From NCBI GenBank assembly GCA_950097015.1, contig CATNEN010000038.1, forward strand, positions 17,546,001-17,610,000: a stretch of DNA of 64,000 nt, given 5' to 3'. Positions 1 to 12,703 of the stretch are shown here, one piece after another (position 1 is the first letter of the stretch; each line of letters starts with the position of its first letter). The notes under the pieces are model-generated. The model worked only from the letters and a program-made list of their open reading frames with translations. It was not told the origin of the DNA and did no database searches. The stretch is from Macrostomum hystrix. Its lineage: Eukaryota; Animalia; Platyhelminthes. The translations under genes and the position numbers were made by a program.

Positions 1-1006
1 TTCTGTTTAGAGACATTGTGGCAAGTAGGCAATTTGAAAGACCCCCCGATGGTATTTCTATTGTGGTAGCGTGGTCTTTCTATTGTTAAAAGAGATAAGC
101 CTTGTTTCGTATCTAGATTAGTAAATTTGTGCTTGATTGGCCTGATAGGTTATAGGAAATCCTGTAACATAGAGCCACCAACGCAGTTCACTAGATTTAT
201 ACTAGACTTCTGTCTAATAAAAATTTCATTATAAATCTGTATAGTCGGGTAGTACTGAGGACAATATAAGCGAGGTAGTATTTACATCACTTTAATCGTC
301 CTTTAATTAGTCTAAACGATAGTCATGGTACTCTAAACTGCATTTCAATTACCAGACATGAACTAATTACTTCTTTGTGAAATTACTAATTATATTCTCA
401 TAATTTTCGTTCATTGCTCTTTGCTGGTTGCAGAATCTTTATTGTCAGAAAAAAGAGTTTTAAAGAATTTTATTTTAACAAATAAGTAGCATGTCAAGGG
501 AGTTACAACACAATATTTATTGCACTTTAAACTAATTATTTATGTTGTTCTTTCTGCACGGTTTAAACTTTGAAATTGTACAAACGCACTTTATTTTAGC
601 CATCGCCGCTATACGGCCCAGATTAGATAGTTAGTTTGGAGTCTGAGGCGTATTTTGAGGTACCAGAAACTGTTAGTCGGAATTTCCACGGTTTTTCCAT
701 GGCAGTTTTGGCACGCCCACGGTTTTTTCCGCCAGCTAAAATCCTTGCATCCAATGAGAAGGCTCCTTCGCACTCCGACCAATGGCGTGCGCCGGCAGCC
801 CGGGTGTGGTAAAAAAGACCTTAAATACGAGGCACATGCAAGCCCCGCCTGCGCCAGTTTGGGCAAACATTTCAGCTCAAAATTCGAACCCCAAACCTAC
901 CAACGCCTACCGACTGTTTAGATTAATTAAGGGGTGTCACCACGCATATGTATGCAATCATTTATGCTATCACTTGGTGTATGCTTGTGGCGCATTCTAT
1001 ACGTTT

Positions 1007-1253
1007 TGTGAGAGATTCAGACAATTCAGACTACTGACAACAGTAGAAAAGCAAAGACTTGGCTGCAAAACTCTCACATAACACTAAAAAAGTATCGCCA
1101 TAAAAATGGCTAGCTTAAAAGAGACTTCTGTGCACACTGAGAGTGGTGGGAGAGGACTGCGTGTGGCTATGGCTGACTGACGAAGGCAAACAAGCCAGAA
1201 ACCGGTCTCGGTCTGCCAGCACGAGGTTCGTTCCCCACTTTTAGTGTGTTACA
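1007..1253 (+). mobile_element. Solo-LTR-like element (TG...CA) containing a hammerhead ribozyme, copy 1
   Basis: Starts TGTGAG and ends GTGTTACA. Near-identical to 30873-31115; an internally shortened copy lies on the minus strand at 3431-3586. Confidence 0.7.
1171..1213 (+). ncRNA. Minimal type I hammerhead ribozyme
   Basis: GGCTGA-CTGACGA-A-GGC(AAACAA)GCC-A-GAAA-CCG-GTC-TCGGTC. Core boxes CUGANGA and GAAA, stem II GGC/GCC, palindromic ACCGGT at stem III, GUC cleavage triplet, stem I GGCUGA/UCGGUC. Confidence 0.7.
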
Positions 1254-1785
1254 CAGGTTTTAAGCTCGCACATAAAATCTGACATCATCGCTGCTGTTGC
1301 TGAGGCCTGTCGGCATGGCAGCGAAGTCCAGCAGATGGCACAGGCCAGACTCCGGGATGAAAATTGCTGCCTCGCAGTCACCACCGGAGCACAGCATCAG
1401 GCATTGTGCCAAACTGAGTGTGCTCAGCGTCCGTCGAGTCGGCGCGTCCGGGTTGCCAAATCCAATCAGTGTACGGTTTCCAGGAATCAGCTTGCTGTCT
1501 GAAATTAGCGAAGTGTGCCGACGCTATAGACAAGAATTTACACCAAGACGTGAAAAAATGTAAGCACAATGTACATAAAGATTTGAAAAGAATATACATA
1601 AATTATGAATGTACAATTAGACTTGAAAAGATTTGCTGCACAGGAATGAACACCATGACTTGACTAGATGCTACAAGAATGTACTAAATCAAGGCCTGAC
1701 AAGCCCGTTAACAGTAGATCAAATAGCCATATTTTTGTTTTTTCTGTATCTTATAATATATTTAGCCAATCCAATTTGAAATTGA

Positions 1786-2307
1786 CTAATTGGCTATTTG
1801 AAATACCCCCGTGGTCTTTCCACAGGAGTAAAAATGGCTGCAAAACCTACGGCATGTCCCAACGTAGGCATAGGTGAGTTCGAAGACTCGATTCCGGTAG
1901 TCGCCGCCGCAGTTCTGACTAGAGTTTCCTAAGCAAGGCGATGAGCAGGCTGTAGCAGGACCTTGCGAGCCGTACGAGTTGCCACAGAAACACCAACCCC
2001 AGCTCTGCAGGGCCATGTACAGGAAGCCGCCAAGTGAACAGATAGTGCCGCACAGTTGGTGAGTCATATGACTGGCAAATATCTGACCCGCGTGCTGATA
2101 CTGTTGTACAACAACATCGCCAATCCGGTAGATTTCATAGAACTTGAGACCAGATATATCTCGCAAACCGTTCAATGAGTCCACAAAGCAGCCGCGATCT
2201 GTTGCCGTGTACTGTCGGCCACGAAATGCGTAGCTCGAGGACCAGCAGGCGGTCATCATTAGAGTTGCCGCGCTCAGGACGACAAACACTCTGCAATGTG
2301 CCTGCAT
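1786..2307 (-). CDS. Secreted WSC-domain (carbohydrate-binding) protein, intronless
   Basis: ATG at 2307, hydrophobic signal peptide, WSC pattern GCFVD...MTHQLCGTIC...YMALQ..WCFCGN...CSSPCLGNSSQNCGG..RNRVF. Confidence 0.8.
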   Translation of the reverse strand: MQAHCRVFVVLSAATLMMTACWSSSYAFRGRQYTATDRGCFVDSLNGLRDISGLKFYEIYRIGDVVVQQYQHAGQIFASHMTHQLCGTICSLGGFLYMALQSWGWCFCGNSYGSQGPATACSSPCLGNSSQNCGGDYRNRVFELTYAYVGTCRRFCSHFYSCGKTTGVFQIAN

Positions 2308-2772
2308 TATCGCCTTTGCCTTCTTTCATTAAGCAATTGCAATGCCATGAAAATTCACATGATAGATATTATAAGGATATTTAAAAACATCCACTCTGCT
2401 TTAGTGCTTGAATAGGTTGCCTAGGAGACGGCTCCCCAGTGCCGCATACACCCGTGACTCCGCTGCAATTTGTCCTGAGCTGAAAGCGCAAAATTAATAA
2501 CCATTTCGTCTCAAAATATATTTTTTGCTTTTCAATAGCTTGCAGGAATATACTTGCAGGAAATTATAAGCATTTGTGAGGTTAAGCAGGTATAATATCA
2601 TTTAAAGCGCGTCTTTTGCGTATGCGTAAATTGATTTGAAAGAGAGATGGAAATGATCGGGATTGTAGATATAAATGCAGATGTAAACTCCACTTGCGCC
2701 AAAAAAGCTCATATATTGGCCCGCTTATTTTTAGGGAATGGTCTTGTCTATGGTCAAACCGAAGTACCACTG

Positions 2773-2834
2773 GCCCATTATCTGTATAATGGACTCGCTA
2801 GCAGGACCATTATATAGATAATGGGCTCGCTAGT
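2773..2834 (+). mobile_element. Possible Helitron 3' terminus (hairpin + CTAG|T)
   Basis: Inverted arms gcccattatctgtataatgg / ccattatatagataatgggc followed by tcgCTAGT. No 5' end identified. Confidence 0.35.
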
Positions 2835-3430
2835 ATATTGTATATTGTATATTATATTGAAAAGTATAGTATAGTATAGTCTAGTATATTGAAAACGTGA
2901 TCAAGATTCCACTATTTGCAGACAAAAATCATTAAAAATCCAACATGCGAAATTAGAACAGCTATATATTATTAAATTTCTTCAGGAACGCGAAAATTCA
3001 CTCGTATATTTGTAACATAACAATAGAACGGATAACAATTGAGCTTGACGCATTGTCTTTTTCGATGTTAATTGTAAGCGTAATAAAAAGAACGCAGAAC
3101 GAAAAGTTTTTTTCATGGCGAAAAGATGTTTTAAAAAATATTGAATAAAATTTTACGAATAAAATATCTTTTTTTCCGGCACAGAGTCCGATATTTCTTG
3201 TAAAAATGTCTCCCTGCTATAAGAGCTGTATGGACTCAAGCGATATACTATAAGAGAAAACGGACTTCGTTTTCCACTTCTGAGTGACACTTTGTGCAAA
3301 TCCTATCATCGTAAGAATTCTAGGTCTTACAGTCCGGTAATGTTTGAAATGATGAATTGTGATTTCCCAGACGGAAGTTGAATATGATGCTCCTACTTTC
3401 GGGGCATAGAAAATGCAGCTATTTTTCCGT

Positions 3431-3586
3431 TGTAACACACTAAGAGTGCACACTGCACAGGGTGCACAGAAGTCTCTTTTAAGCTTGCCATTTTTATGGC
3501 GATACTTTTTTAGTGTTATGTGAGAGTTTTGCAGCCAAGTCTTTGCTTTTCTACTGTTGTCAGTAGTCTGAATTGTATCTCTCACA
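3431..3586 (-). mobile_element. Solo-LTR-like element, shortened copy lacking the hammerhead
   Basis: Reverse complement of the 1007-1253 element with both termini kept and the ribozyme segment absent. Flanks tccgt / tccgc (imperfect 5-bp TSD). Confidence 0.7.
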
Positions 3587-6444
3587 TCCGCAGTAAAGTC
3601 TTTCTTAAACTATAGAAATAACTCAGTTTTACAGATTTCTATACCCTTTGTGTCCAGCAGAATCTTGTAAATTCTGCTTCAAAGTTCACCTTGTGTCAAT
3701 TTATGGATTCTGTTTTTGTGGTCAGTTTTGCATCGTACGTTGCTGTTCATTTTTGCCTTGCATATAACGCAGCCAGTACGTCGAATCGGTTACTAATTTC
3801 GAGATAATTATAGTCTTGTCGATCAGAGAGTGAATCCCAGTTCTGAACACCCCTTTTCTGTATGTAATTGTAAAGAGCAGGGAGCCTACCCAGTTCTGAC
3901 CGGGAACCGTTGCTGTCAGTGCTTTGGTTTACCTGCAGAATTGCTTTAGAATTCCAAAAATGTATTCTTTCAATTAGACTTCTGTCCCTTGGTCCATAGT
4001 TCCAAGACACAACTATAGGCTCCCTAGGCCTCTGAGGCATATAGCACAATGCATGCTTTCTATCATGGCTGTGCAAAATTGTATAAGTTGTTTGAGTTTA
4101 ACCGCTCGAAACCCAGATGATTTACTACGAAATATAGTGGGATATCCACTGCACAGTTGCTATATATTAAGTTCTTTAGCATGAGAGTCCACTGTTCCCT
4201 TTGTGTTCATGTGGAAGCCCGGCTATTTCCATTCCTGGACGGATTCAACTTGGCGACCCTGTTTAACAACTACATGATCCATGATCGCTTATGAACAAAA
4301 AGTCAAAGATAAAAATTGCTTTTTTTCATAACATTTAGGAACAAATCGATAAATTTTATTTTTGGTAACAGAGTACTTTCAACAATGCAATATAATGCCT
4401 TTGAAACAAAACAGTTAAAAATAATTTGCTTATTCATACTTGCAGAATCTAAAAAACAACTATTTAATTTAAAACATTCTTCTAATTGATTGAAATTATA
4501 CCACAGCGAGTTGAAGTGATGTTTAATAACTTTAAATCCGGTATTTATGCCACAAATATAGTAAATGCGAATTACCTTAACTTTAAAGCTACAATTACGG
4601 ACTATAAATAACTGGCGGAACAAACGACATTTTTAATACGAAATTCAAGTGTGAATATTCAATCGCTTCTTAAAACGACGTAATTAGTTAATCCTTGTTT
4701 AGTTACATGTGATTAACCTAATACGGAAAAACATTATACTCGTACTTTGTTTTAACTTTTGTGAAACTTAATTAATTTGACAAATAAATATACGACTTAT
4801 GACAAAACGGGAACTCGTAACTCACTACATAAAGTATCACAATTAGAACGCTCAACAAAAAAAGTAAATTATTATTTATCGCACATATTACAAAAACTAG
4901 AAGATGATTTTTGCTAAAATCGAAAAAGCAAGTTTGCAATTTAAGAAAGATTTTTATAAGCGAAGAAAAAACGTTGGCTAATCACGTGGTCTAAACAGTA
5001 AAGAAAAAAATTAAATGTATTTGCAGATTCTTTTAATCAAAAAAGTGCGTTACATATATAATTTACTATAATTTAATTTTCAAGTTCATTCAATTAACGA
5101 ATGTTAATTTTGTGTTTATTGTTAGGACTATAGACGAGTATACAAACTTTAGGAACCATGAACCATGAATCATCGAATTTAAAGTAAAATATAAATCTGC
5201 TTAATAAAAAAGATAATTATTAGTTATAAGCACTAAACGAAGAGGTAACAAGCAACAACTAAACCATAACAAGTGATTACCGATGACAGAAAACAAACAA
5301 ATTGTTTCTTTTCGTAGTTTAAAAGACTAAGAGGCGTTATATTACGTTTTAATGGAATGACAAGTTTTCTTTTTAAACTTTGAAACAAAAAAAACAATTC
5401 ATAAATACTTTTTGCTTCTCAGAAAAAAAGTAGACAACAAAGTTAACATATCCTAGTAGGTTTTTCCTTATCTTCCGAAGATTGCTACTGAAAGTACGTA
5501 GAGCCTGCCGAAAAAGTTGAAATAGAGATATTTGGAATTATGAAAATAATTTAGTGTGATAAGAATAGGTTTTAGAAATCTTTTTAAAAACAAAATTAAG
5601 TATTTAATAACGGCTATTAGATTTGTTTAGAAACAAAGCGAAATAAAAAATTAAAATGTTTCGTGACGTAAGGGGAAGTTATTTGGGGTTTTATGGGGTA
5701 GATATATGGCTTGAGGAAGAGATGGTGTAATGCATTCCGAAATACAGGGCCAACCTGCGCGACCAGATCGCGAAACCGATAATTGGTGGCACGTACTGTC
5801 AGTGTCAAATGCAGCATGCAGTCTGTCCCACATCACAACTGCACCCCTCCAGTTTGAGGACAGGACAGCCAGGGGGGACAGTAATTTGAGCGCCATTGAG
5901 CCACGCGAAACGGCTTATCTATTGATTATTTATGAGCGCGCCTAATTGGCTAGAGAGTTTCAGTGTGTGTCCCTATGTGCCTGCTTCTCCGTGAAGCCAT
6001 GACAGTGAGGCATCCGTGCAAGATCGTCGCGTCGTCCAGCAAGTGCAATAATTCTCAAAGGCGAAGCAAGGTTCTTACTTCCGTTCCAATGTGTCAACAG
6101 GATCCGGGACTTGTTATCTTAGCTGTCTGTTCTATATCTCTCCCTGTCTGTCCCACTCCGAATTTGTTGAGAGGTGGACTCTGTGCCCTTCGATTCCCTT
6201 GAGCTTTTGTTGCGGCAATCTTGTCGAGTGCCGCACTATGCTCGAGCTGTCTCCTTGTGCTCATCGACCTGCAACAACTTCTTCGCAGCAACTGCTCAAC
6301 CTAATTGATTTCGTCAGATTGCCTTGTGTGCAAGTTAGATATTTCTAATGCGGCAGCATAAAAGCCTTTTGAAAGTGGTCCAGCTCAAATACCGTTAGAC
6401 GTTATCCTGATACAATCAATAACTAGTTCAACACTTTTTAGTCT

Positions 6445-6700
6445 ATCGTTCATTCGTGACAAACGTTTGCAACACACTGACAACTTTGAGAGAGAGAGAT
6501 GCAACGCTTCGTTCGTTCGTGACAAACGTTTGCAACACACTGACAACTTTGAGAGAGAGTGATGCAACACTTCGTTCGTTCGTGACAAACGTTTGCAACA
6601 CACTGACAACTTTGAGAGAGAGAGATGCAACGCTTCGTTCGTTCGTGACAAACGTTTGCGATAACCAGACAACTTTGAGAGAGACAGATGCAATGCTACG
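6445..6700. repeat. 60-bp tandem repeat, ~4 copies
   Basis: Unit approximately cgttcgtgacaaacgtttgcaacacactgacaactttgagagagagagatgcaacgctt. Confidence 0.9.
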
Positions 6701-6943
6701 TATACATTCTTAAAAAAGACGTTTGTAACATTAATAACTACCTTGTGTAGTGATGCAGGGAAAGAGATAAATATTTGTCTAGGGCAACCTGTAGGAGAAC
6801 ATCGGAGACTATGAGCCCGAGAATTTGTTTGACCTACGAAAACCTACTCGAGATTCAGAAGCGTCGAGTTATCAATAATGCAAACCAATGAGAATTAACA
6901 ATTTGTGGCTTCACAAATTGTTAAGTTGCAAGCCCAATTATCT

Positions 6944-9900
6944 TCATCCCTTCTTGCGCAGATGGTGCCACATGGCAACTGGTTTGCGTAGAGAAGTGAC
7001 CATCTGCTGCCAGTGGGTGAGCTCGGCACCGCCCGCCTGCGAGCCGATGATCACGTGACCGATGCTGCTCAGCCGGCCGTCGCTACGCAGTTCGGCGACA
7101 GTGAGACGAAGCTGGACCGACTGCGGAAAGACAAAGCGTGCTGTTCATTATCGAATAACGCCAAAAAAAATTAATGATAATATTAATAGCAATAATAATT
7201 GCTGGAGGGCTGCAGACGATGGCACTTAATTTGGTGACATAATAGACCTGCTGCCAGCCAGGAGGCAATTATGTCCATTTCGCTGACTCCTGAGCACACA
7301 CGCACTTAGATACTGTACGCAGGTACACACTCACACAGGTGTGTACATCTGCCCTGTCTTTCTTATTCGTTTTGATGGTTGGCATTAAAGGGTGTAAATT
7401 GTACGACAAGTCCCCTAAGCCTTCTCTAAGCGGCTGCGCCACAAATAAAAGTGGCCTCGCCGCGAAATCGAGCTCAGGCACCGTGGTACTAAAGGCAAAC
7501 ACGTTAGACCATTCTGCCCTTAACCCCAAAAAGGACACCCTTGTAATCCGTATTAACAGCATAAATTGATTTTTAAACTTCACTTTTTGGCTGCCTAAAT
7601 CTAGTAAATTTTGTAGAAAAAACTCGAAATCAAAGAAAGCATTTGTCATAATTTCTTATAACTTTACTTTCACCACGAGTGTTGATATCTTACCGACAGG
7701 GCAGCCTGCGACACACTGAAAATCATGGCCTCGTTATAGGTGGGCTGGCTCTCGCTGCGTTTCACAGAAGTCTTCTTCTTGGCCACCCGCTTGCCGCCCT
7801 GAAGTAGGTGCACTTTTACCAGCACGTCTGCGGGGCGTGAGAGAGGCCGGTTTTAGTAAGCTTGCAAATGGATCGCTAGTCTAGCCTCAGAAGATGAAGG
7901 ATTGCGAATCTGTCTAGTAGTTCTTAGCGATGGAACTTCCGGATGGGAAAAATATTGACTAAAAGTTGGACAACATTCTCCAACATTCTAGCAGAGTTTC
8001 TTAGCTGGAATTAGCAGGCTGTCAAGCAAAGTGATTGACTATAGAAGCAGTAGTGACTAGATGAGGCGGTGGAGCAGATGGTCTTAAGCATGGCGCATAA
8101 TAAATTTGTCTGAGTAAGTCTGAGTAACCTGGGCTAGTCTATGAAAAGGCGAGGTTATGAAAATCAAAGCGAATTTTTTGGACTGTCGGCACATCGAAAG
8201 ATAACACAGGAGATGTCGGTACATCAAAGGATAACACATGAGTTGTCAGCACATCAAAAGATAACACATGAGTTGTCGGCACATCAAAAGATAACACATG
8301 AGTTGTCGGCACATCAAAAGATAACACAGGAGATGTCGGCACATCAAAGGATAACACAGGAGATGTCGGCACATCAAAGGATAACACAGGAGATGTCGGC
8401 ACATCAAAGGATAACACAGGAGATGTCGGCACATCAAAGGATAACACAGGAGATGTCGGCACATCAAAAGATAACACAGGAGATGTTGGCACATCAAAAG
8501 ATAACACAGGAGATGTCGGCACATCAAAAGATAACACAGGAGATGTCGGCACATCAAAAGATAACACAGGAGATGTCGGCGCATCAAAAGATAGCACATG
8601 AGTTATCAGCTCACCACCAGAAGCTTGATCCTGTCGCGGCCATTTCAGGTTCTTCGCCTTCACAATCACCACAGTCAGGCGTTCGGCGGTAGGTAGGTAG
8701 CTTAGCGAGAACATCAGCTCGCCGTAGTCGGACGGCTTCTGCAAGGGGCGCAGTGGAGTTCAGGCGTACAGTTATTTGGACTATAGGATTCCATTGATCA
8801 ACTGCCACATTTTCACCTGGTCTAGCTCGCGCAGGTTAAGCCACAGGCGCAGTGGCCGTTGTAGTTCCACGTCGACTAGGCGAACTTCGGTCTCGCCAAT
8901 GTGCTTCTGCCTGGCGTACTTGTCGATGCTGAACACCTGCAGCTGCAGCGACTTCTGAGCCAGCTGGTGCGGCTCCAGGCTGTACAGAAAGCGCTCCTTG
9001 AACACCGGGTTGGGGTTTCGCTTCACCACCTGGTAAGCGGAAAAAATTAACTCACTAGAAATTATAATATCTAAATGAGTATCAAAGCCAAGGCAGAAAG
9101 CATAATGACTCCCAATGATATGATAATCTTTAAGGAATATGGCCTTGAGGTGGTCGGAGTAGCTACGTTTGTGGGACATTGTCTTTTGATCAATGTCTAA
9201 AATTAGCATACCCATAGTACTCGTAACAATAGCAGGGGTGAGTGACAGAGCGGTCTAACGCGTGTGCCTCTCGCACCAAGGTCCCTGAGCTCGATTCCGC
9301 GGCGAGGCCACATTCATTTGGGGCGCAGCCGAGGAGAGAGGTCTTAGGGGGCTTGTCGTGCAATTCACGCCAATGGCCATCCTCCAAGTTTCGCGCATTT
9401 CGCTGGCTCCTGAGCACACACGCACACAGATACTATAAGCGGACACTCACTCGCAGGTGTGTACATCTGTCCTGACCTTCACATTGTCAGGCAGTGTACA
9501 CTCTCAATGTGCCATAGAGGGTGGTTGGCCCTCGTGGGCGCGAATTGCACGCAAAGCCCTCAAGCCTTCTATCCACGACTGCGCCCCAATTGAATGAGGC
9601 CTCGTCGCGGATTTGAGCTCAGGGAACTCAAGCTCAGCCACTCAGCATCATTTCTACCAACCTTAGTCTGCGACTTCATGTTGGCAGCGTCGGGCACCAC
9701 AGCCAGTACGGCGAAGAAGTCCATCTCGCAGGCGCCGCTGGCGTCGCCGGAGGCAAGATCGCGGCCTTGGATAAGAGAGACGACTAGCTCGGAGACGTCT
9801 CGATCGTACTCAAGGCCGATCTCCACCTGGCCAATAGGAGACACGTCCGGCTGCAAGTCCATCACCGACGTGTCCGAAGCGAGCGACTCGGCCGAGCCAA

Positions 9901-12703
9901 CTCGCGGCAAATTGTGAGCGGGCTCATACTCGGAGCCTGCGGAAGAAACAGGTGTCAGTGTGCTCAAGATGTCAGTATGCTCAAGTTGTCAGTGTGCTGA
10001 AGGTATCAGTATGCTCAAGGTGTCAGTATGCTCAATGTATCAGTATGCTCAATGTATCAGTGTGCTCAAGGTGTCAGTGTGCTTAAGGTGTCAGTGTGCT
10101 CAAGGTGTCAGTATGCTCAATGTATCAGTATGCTCAATGTATCAGTGTGCTCAAGGTGTCAGTGTGCTCAAGGTGTCAGTGTGCTCAAGGTGTCAGTGTG
10201 CTCAAGGTGTCAGTGTGCTTAAGGTATCAGTATGCTCAATGTATCAGTGTGCTCAAGGTGTCAGTGTGCTTAAGGTATCAGTATGCTCAAGGTGTCAGTA
10301 TGCTCAAGGTGTCAGTGTGCTCAAGGTGTCAGTGTGCTCAGATGCCGCACCTGTCGTATCTCCGGGACTGTGCCTGCCGCCCGGTGCCGGGTCGCTGTCT
10401 TCGACAGCTTCGTCGCGAAACATCTCTCGCCTAGAGAAGCTGGCGCCGCTGTTCTCCCGTCCACCCAGGCCGATACCGGAAGCTGTAGAAGCGGGCTGTC
10501 GATCGCCAATCAGCTGATTGCCAGCTTCCTGGTGCTGCTACAGGAACAAAATTTAGGGTTAGAAGCAATGGAAGTGGTAATTAGCACTTTGAGTTTTTTG
10601 CTAGTAGGACAACTTCTCACGGAGCTTTTACAGTCAGTGATTAGATTGTGTAGTGAATAGCCTGCGAAGAACCTCATCACTGGACAAAAAGTACATCACT
10701 TAAGAAGTTCTATTTTTAGCTGGAATCTTCCAAAAAATCCTCCCAGTTTGTTACATCGAAGCCCTACAAGGCGATGCTTTCTGTCTCCGAGTGTCCTTTG
10801 GGCTGATGCCGGACCTGTGACATTCAATGAAGACTCTAAAAAGCAAATATCCGGTATCGGACCGACTAACGAATACTGTGATCTATTCGAATAGAGCGAG
10901 TCTCTATTCGAAGACGCGATCCAGCGATTCTCCTCCATCCCCCTCCCCCTAGGGAAATTCTGTAGACCTGCCGATGGGAAGAAAATCTAATTAGTGCCTC
11001 TATTTAGTTATCGCAGCGGAAGCTGACCGGGAGGCTCTGAAATTGCTGTGTCTTCAATAATTATTATGAGCAATGATATTAGTGTACATTTAAGTGCAAC
11101 CTTGGGGGTCGGTGGCAGAGCGGTTATCGCGTTTGCCTTTCGCACCACGGTCCCTAAGTTCGATTCCACGGCGAGGCCACATTTATTTGGGGCGCAGCCG
11201 CGGAGAGAAGGCTTGGTGGCTTGTCGTGCAAGTTACGCCCTTGAGGGCAAATCTCCAAGGCACAGTGAAATGTACACTGCCTGACGATGAGAAAGTCACG
11301 GCAGATGCACACACCTGTGTGAGTGTATGCCTGCGTACAGTATCTGTGTGCGTGTGTGCTCAGGAGTCAGCGAAATGGGCAGAATTGCCTACTCGCTAGC
11401 TGTGAGTCTACTGTCACTAGATATGTGCTATTGCCCGCAGCCCTCCTGCAATTATTATTATTATTTTTTTTTTAAGTGCGACCTAGTATTTGGTTTGCAA
11501 TCTAAAGTTGTAGCCTAGTGGTTAGGGCGTCAGACTCACGACTTGAAGGTCGGGGGTTCGATTCCCGTCTCCACTTAAACAATTTGTGTCCTTTAGCAAG
11601 ACACTTAACTCTGCATTGCTTCAGTTCACCCAGCTGTTAAATGGGTACCAGCATTAGCTGGGATAATTGAAGGTGGGTGTGGCGTCCCCCCAGTCCATGG
11701 ACTGAACAGCCGTACGCAGCCTTCAGATGCGCCGCGCAATAGCTGCGGCTGTGCTGTCGGCTGCACATCTGACCCGATTAGGGCAGGTGTAATCAATTAT
11801 TATTATTATTTATTATTAATCTAAAGTCTAACAAACTATAGGCACGTTATGCAAGCCCTGCAAATGTAATTTTATACAAGGGAATCGAATTTTTTGGCTA
11901 TTAAAATTATTTTCATGAACATTAACATAATTCAGAAATGTTGATTTCCATGATAATCATTTCAATAGTATACACAGGAATTTATTACAATGGGATAATA
12001 ACGCAGGTTACTCATTCCAATGGGATAATAACACAGGTACTCATTCCAATGGGATAATAACGCAGGTTACTCATTCCAATGGGATAATAACACAGGTACT
12101 CATTCCAATGGGATAATAACACAGGTACTCATTTCAGTGGGATAATAACACGGGTTACTCATTCCAATGGGATAATAACACAGGTACTCATTCCAATGGG
12201 ATAATAACACAGGTACTCATTTCAGTGGGATAATAACACGGGTACTCATTCCAATGGGATATAACGCAGGTACTCATTCCAATGGGATAATAACACAGGT
12301 ACTCATTCCAATGGGATAATAACACAGGTACTCATTTCAGTGGGATAATAACACGGGTTACTCATTCCAATGGGATAATAACACAGGTACTCATTCCAAT
12401 GGGATAATAACACAGGTACTCATTCCAATGGGATAATAACACAGGTACTCATTCCAATGGGATAATAACACAGGTACTCATTCCAATGGGATAATAACAC
12501 AGGTTAATCATTCCAATAGGATAACTCACGGACGCATAGTAGTTGGCCCTACTATCGGTCTTTGTCAGCGACAACCTCTCCTCCCCCATGGCGCATAGAG
12601 TCTCCAGCTGATTTGGGAAGAATATCCTCAGAATAATATAGGCAGCTAATGCGATGACAATCATGGTTAGAAGGGTTATCACAATCGCAGCCCAGGGTTG
12701 CAT
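6944..12703 (-). CDS. SYT12: Synaptotagmin-12-like (N-terminal TM, C2A, C2B)
   Basis: Phase-consistent GT-AG exons: 12703-12530, 10537-10351, 9936-9662, 9029-8817, 8738-8615, 7827-7694, 7120-6944. Motifs GQVEIGLEYD, GELMFSLSYLPTAERLTVVIVKAKNL, KKKTSVKR, YNEAMIFSV and GHVIIG...THWQQM..LRKPVAMWH match Syt12. Confidence 0.88.
7195..7527 (-). mobile_element. tRNA-derived SINE (family A)
   Basis: Reverse-complement match to the copies at 11104 and 56583. Confidence 0.75.
8180..8610. repeat. 30-bp intronic minisatellite, ~14 copies
   Basis: Unit acatcaaaagataacacaggagatgtcggc. Confidence 0.95.
9235..9567. mobile_element. SINE family A, rearranged copy (forward head joined to an inverted body)
   Basis: About 9235-9388 is forward; about 9395-9567 is the reverse complement of the family body. 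Confidence 0.7.
9950..10340. repeat. 17-bp intronic minisatellite
   Basis: Unit tgctcaaggtgtcagtg; fills almost all of Syt12 intron 9937-10350. Confidence 0.95.
11104..11465 (+). mobile_element. tRNA-derived SINE (family A), full length
   Basis: A box gtggcagagcgg, B box gttcgattcc, internal hairpin tgtacactgcctgac...gtcacggcagatgcaca, (ATT)n tail. About 10 copies in the window. Confidence 0.8.
11507..11810 (+). mobile_element. CORE-SINE (tRNA head + MIR-like CORE)
   Basis: tRNA-like head tagcctagtggttag...ggttcgattccc, then tgtgtcctttagcaagacacttaac...cagttcacccagctgttaaatggg resembling the MIR CORE consensus; ATT tail. Confidence 0.7.
11985..12525. repeat. 29-bp intronic minisatellite
   Basis: Unit ggtactcattccaatgggataataacaca. 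Confidence 0.95.

Noticed and set aside
3747-4290. Possible decayed coding sequence (also 43750-44205)
   Set aside because: Interrupted by stops, with no motif I can recognise; a TBLASTX search would be needed.
11512-11575. tRNA gene
   Set aside because: The tRNA-like head continues into a CORE domain and ATT tail, so it is a SINE head.
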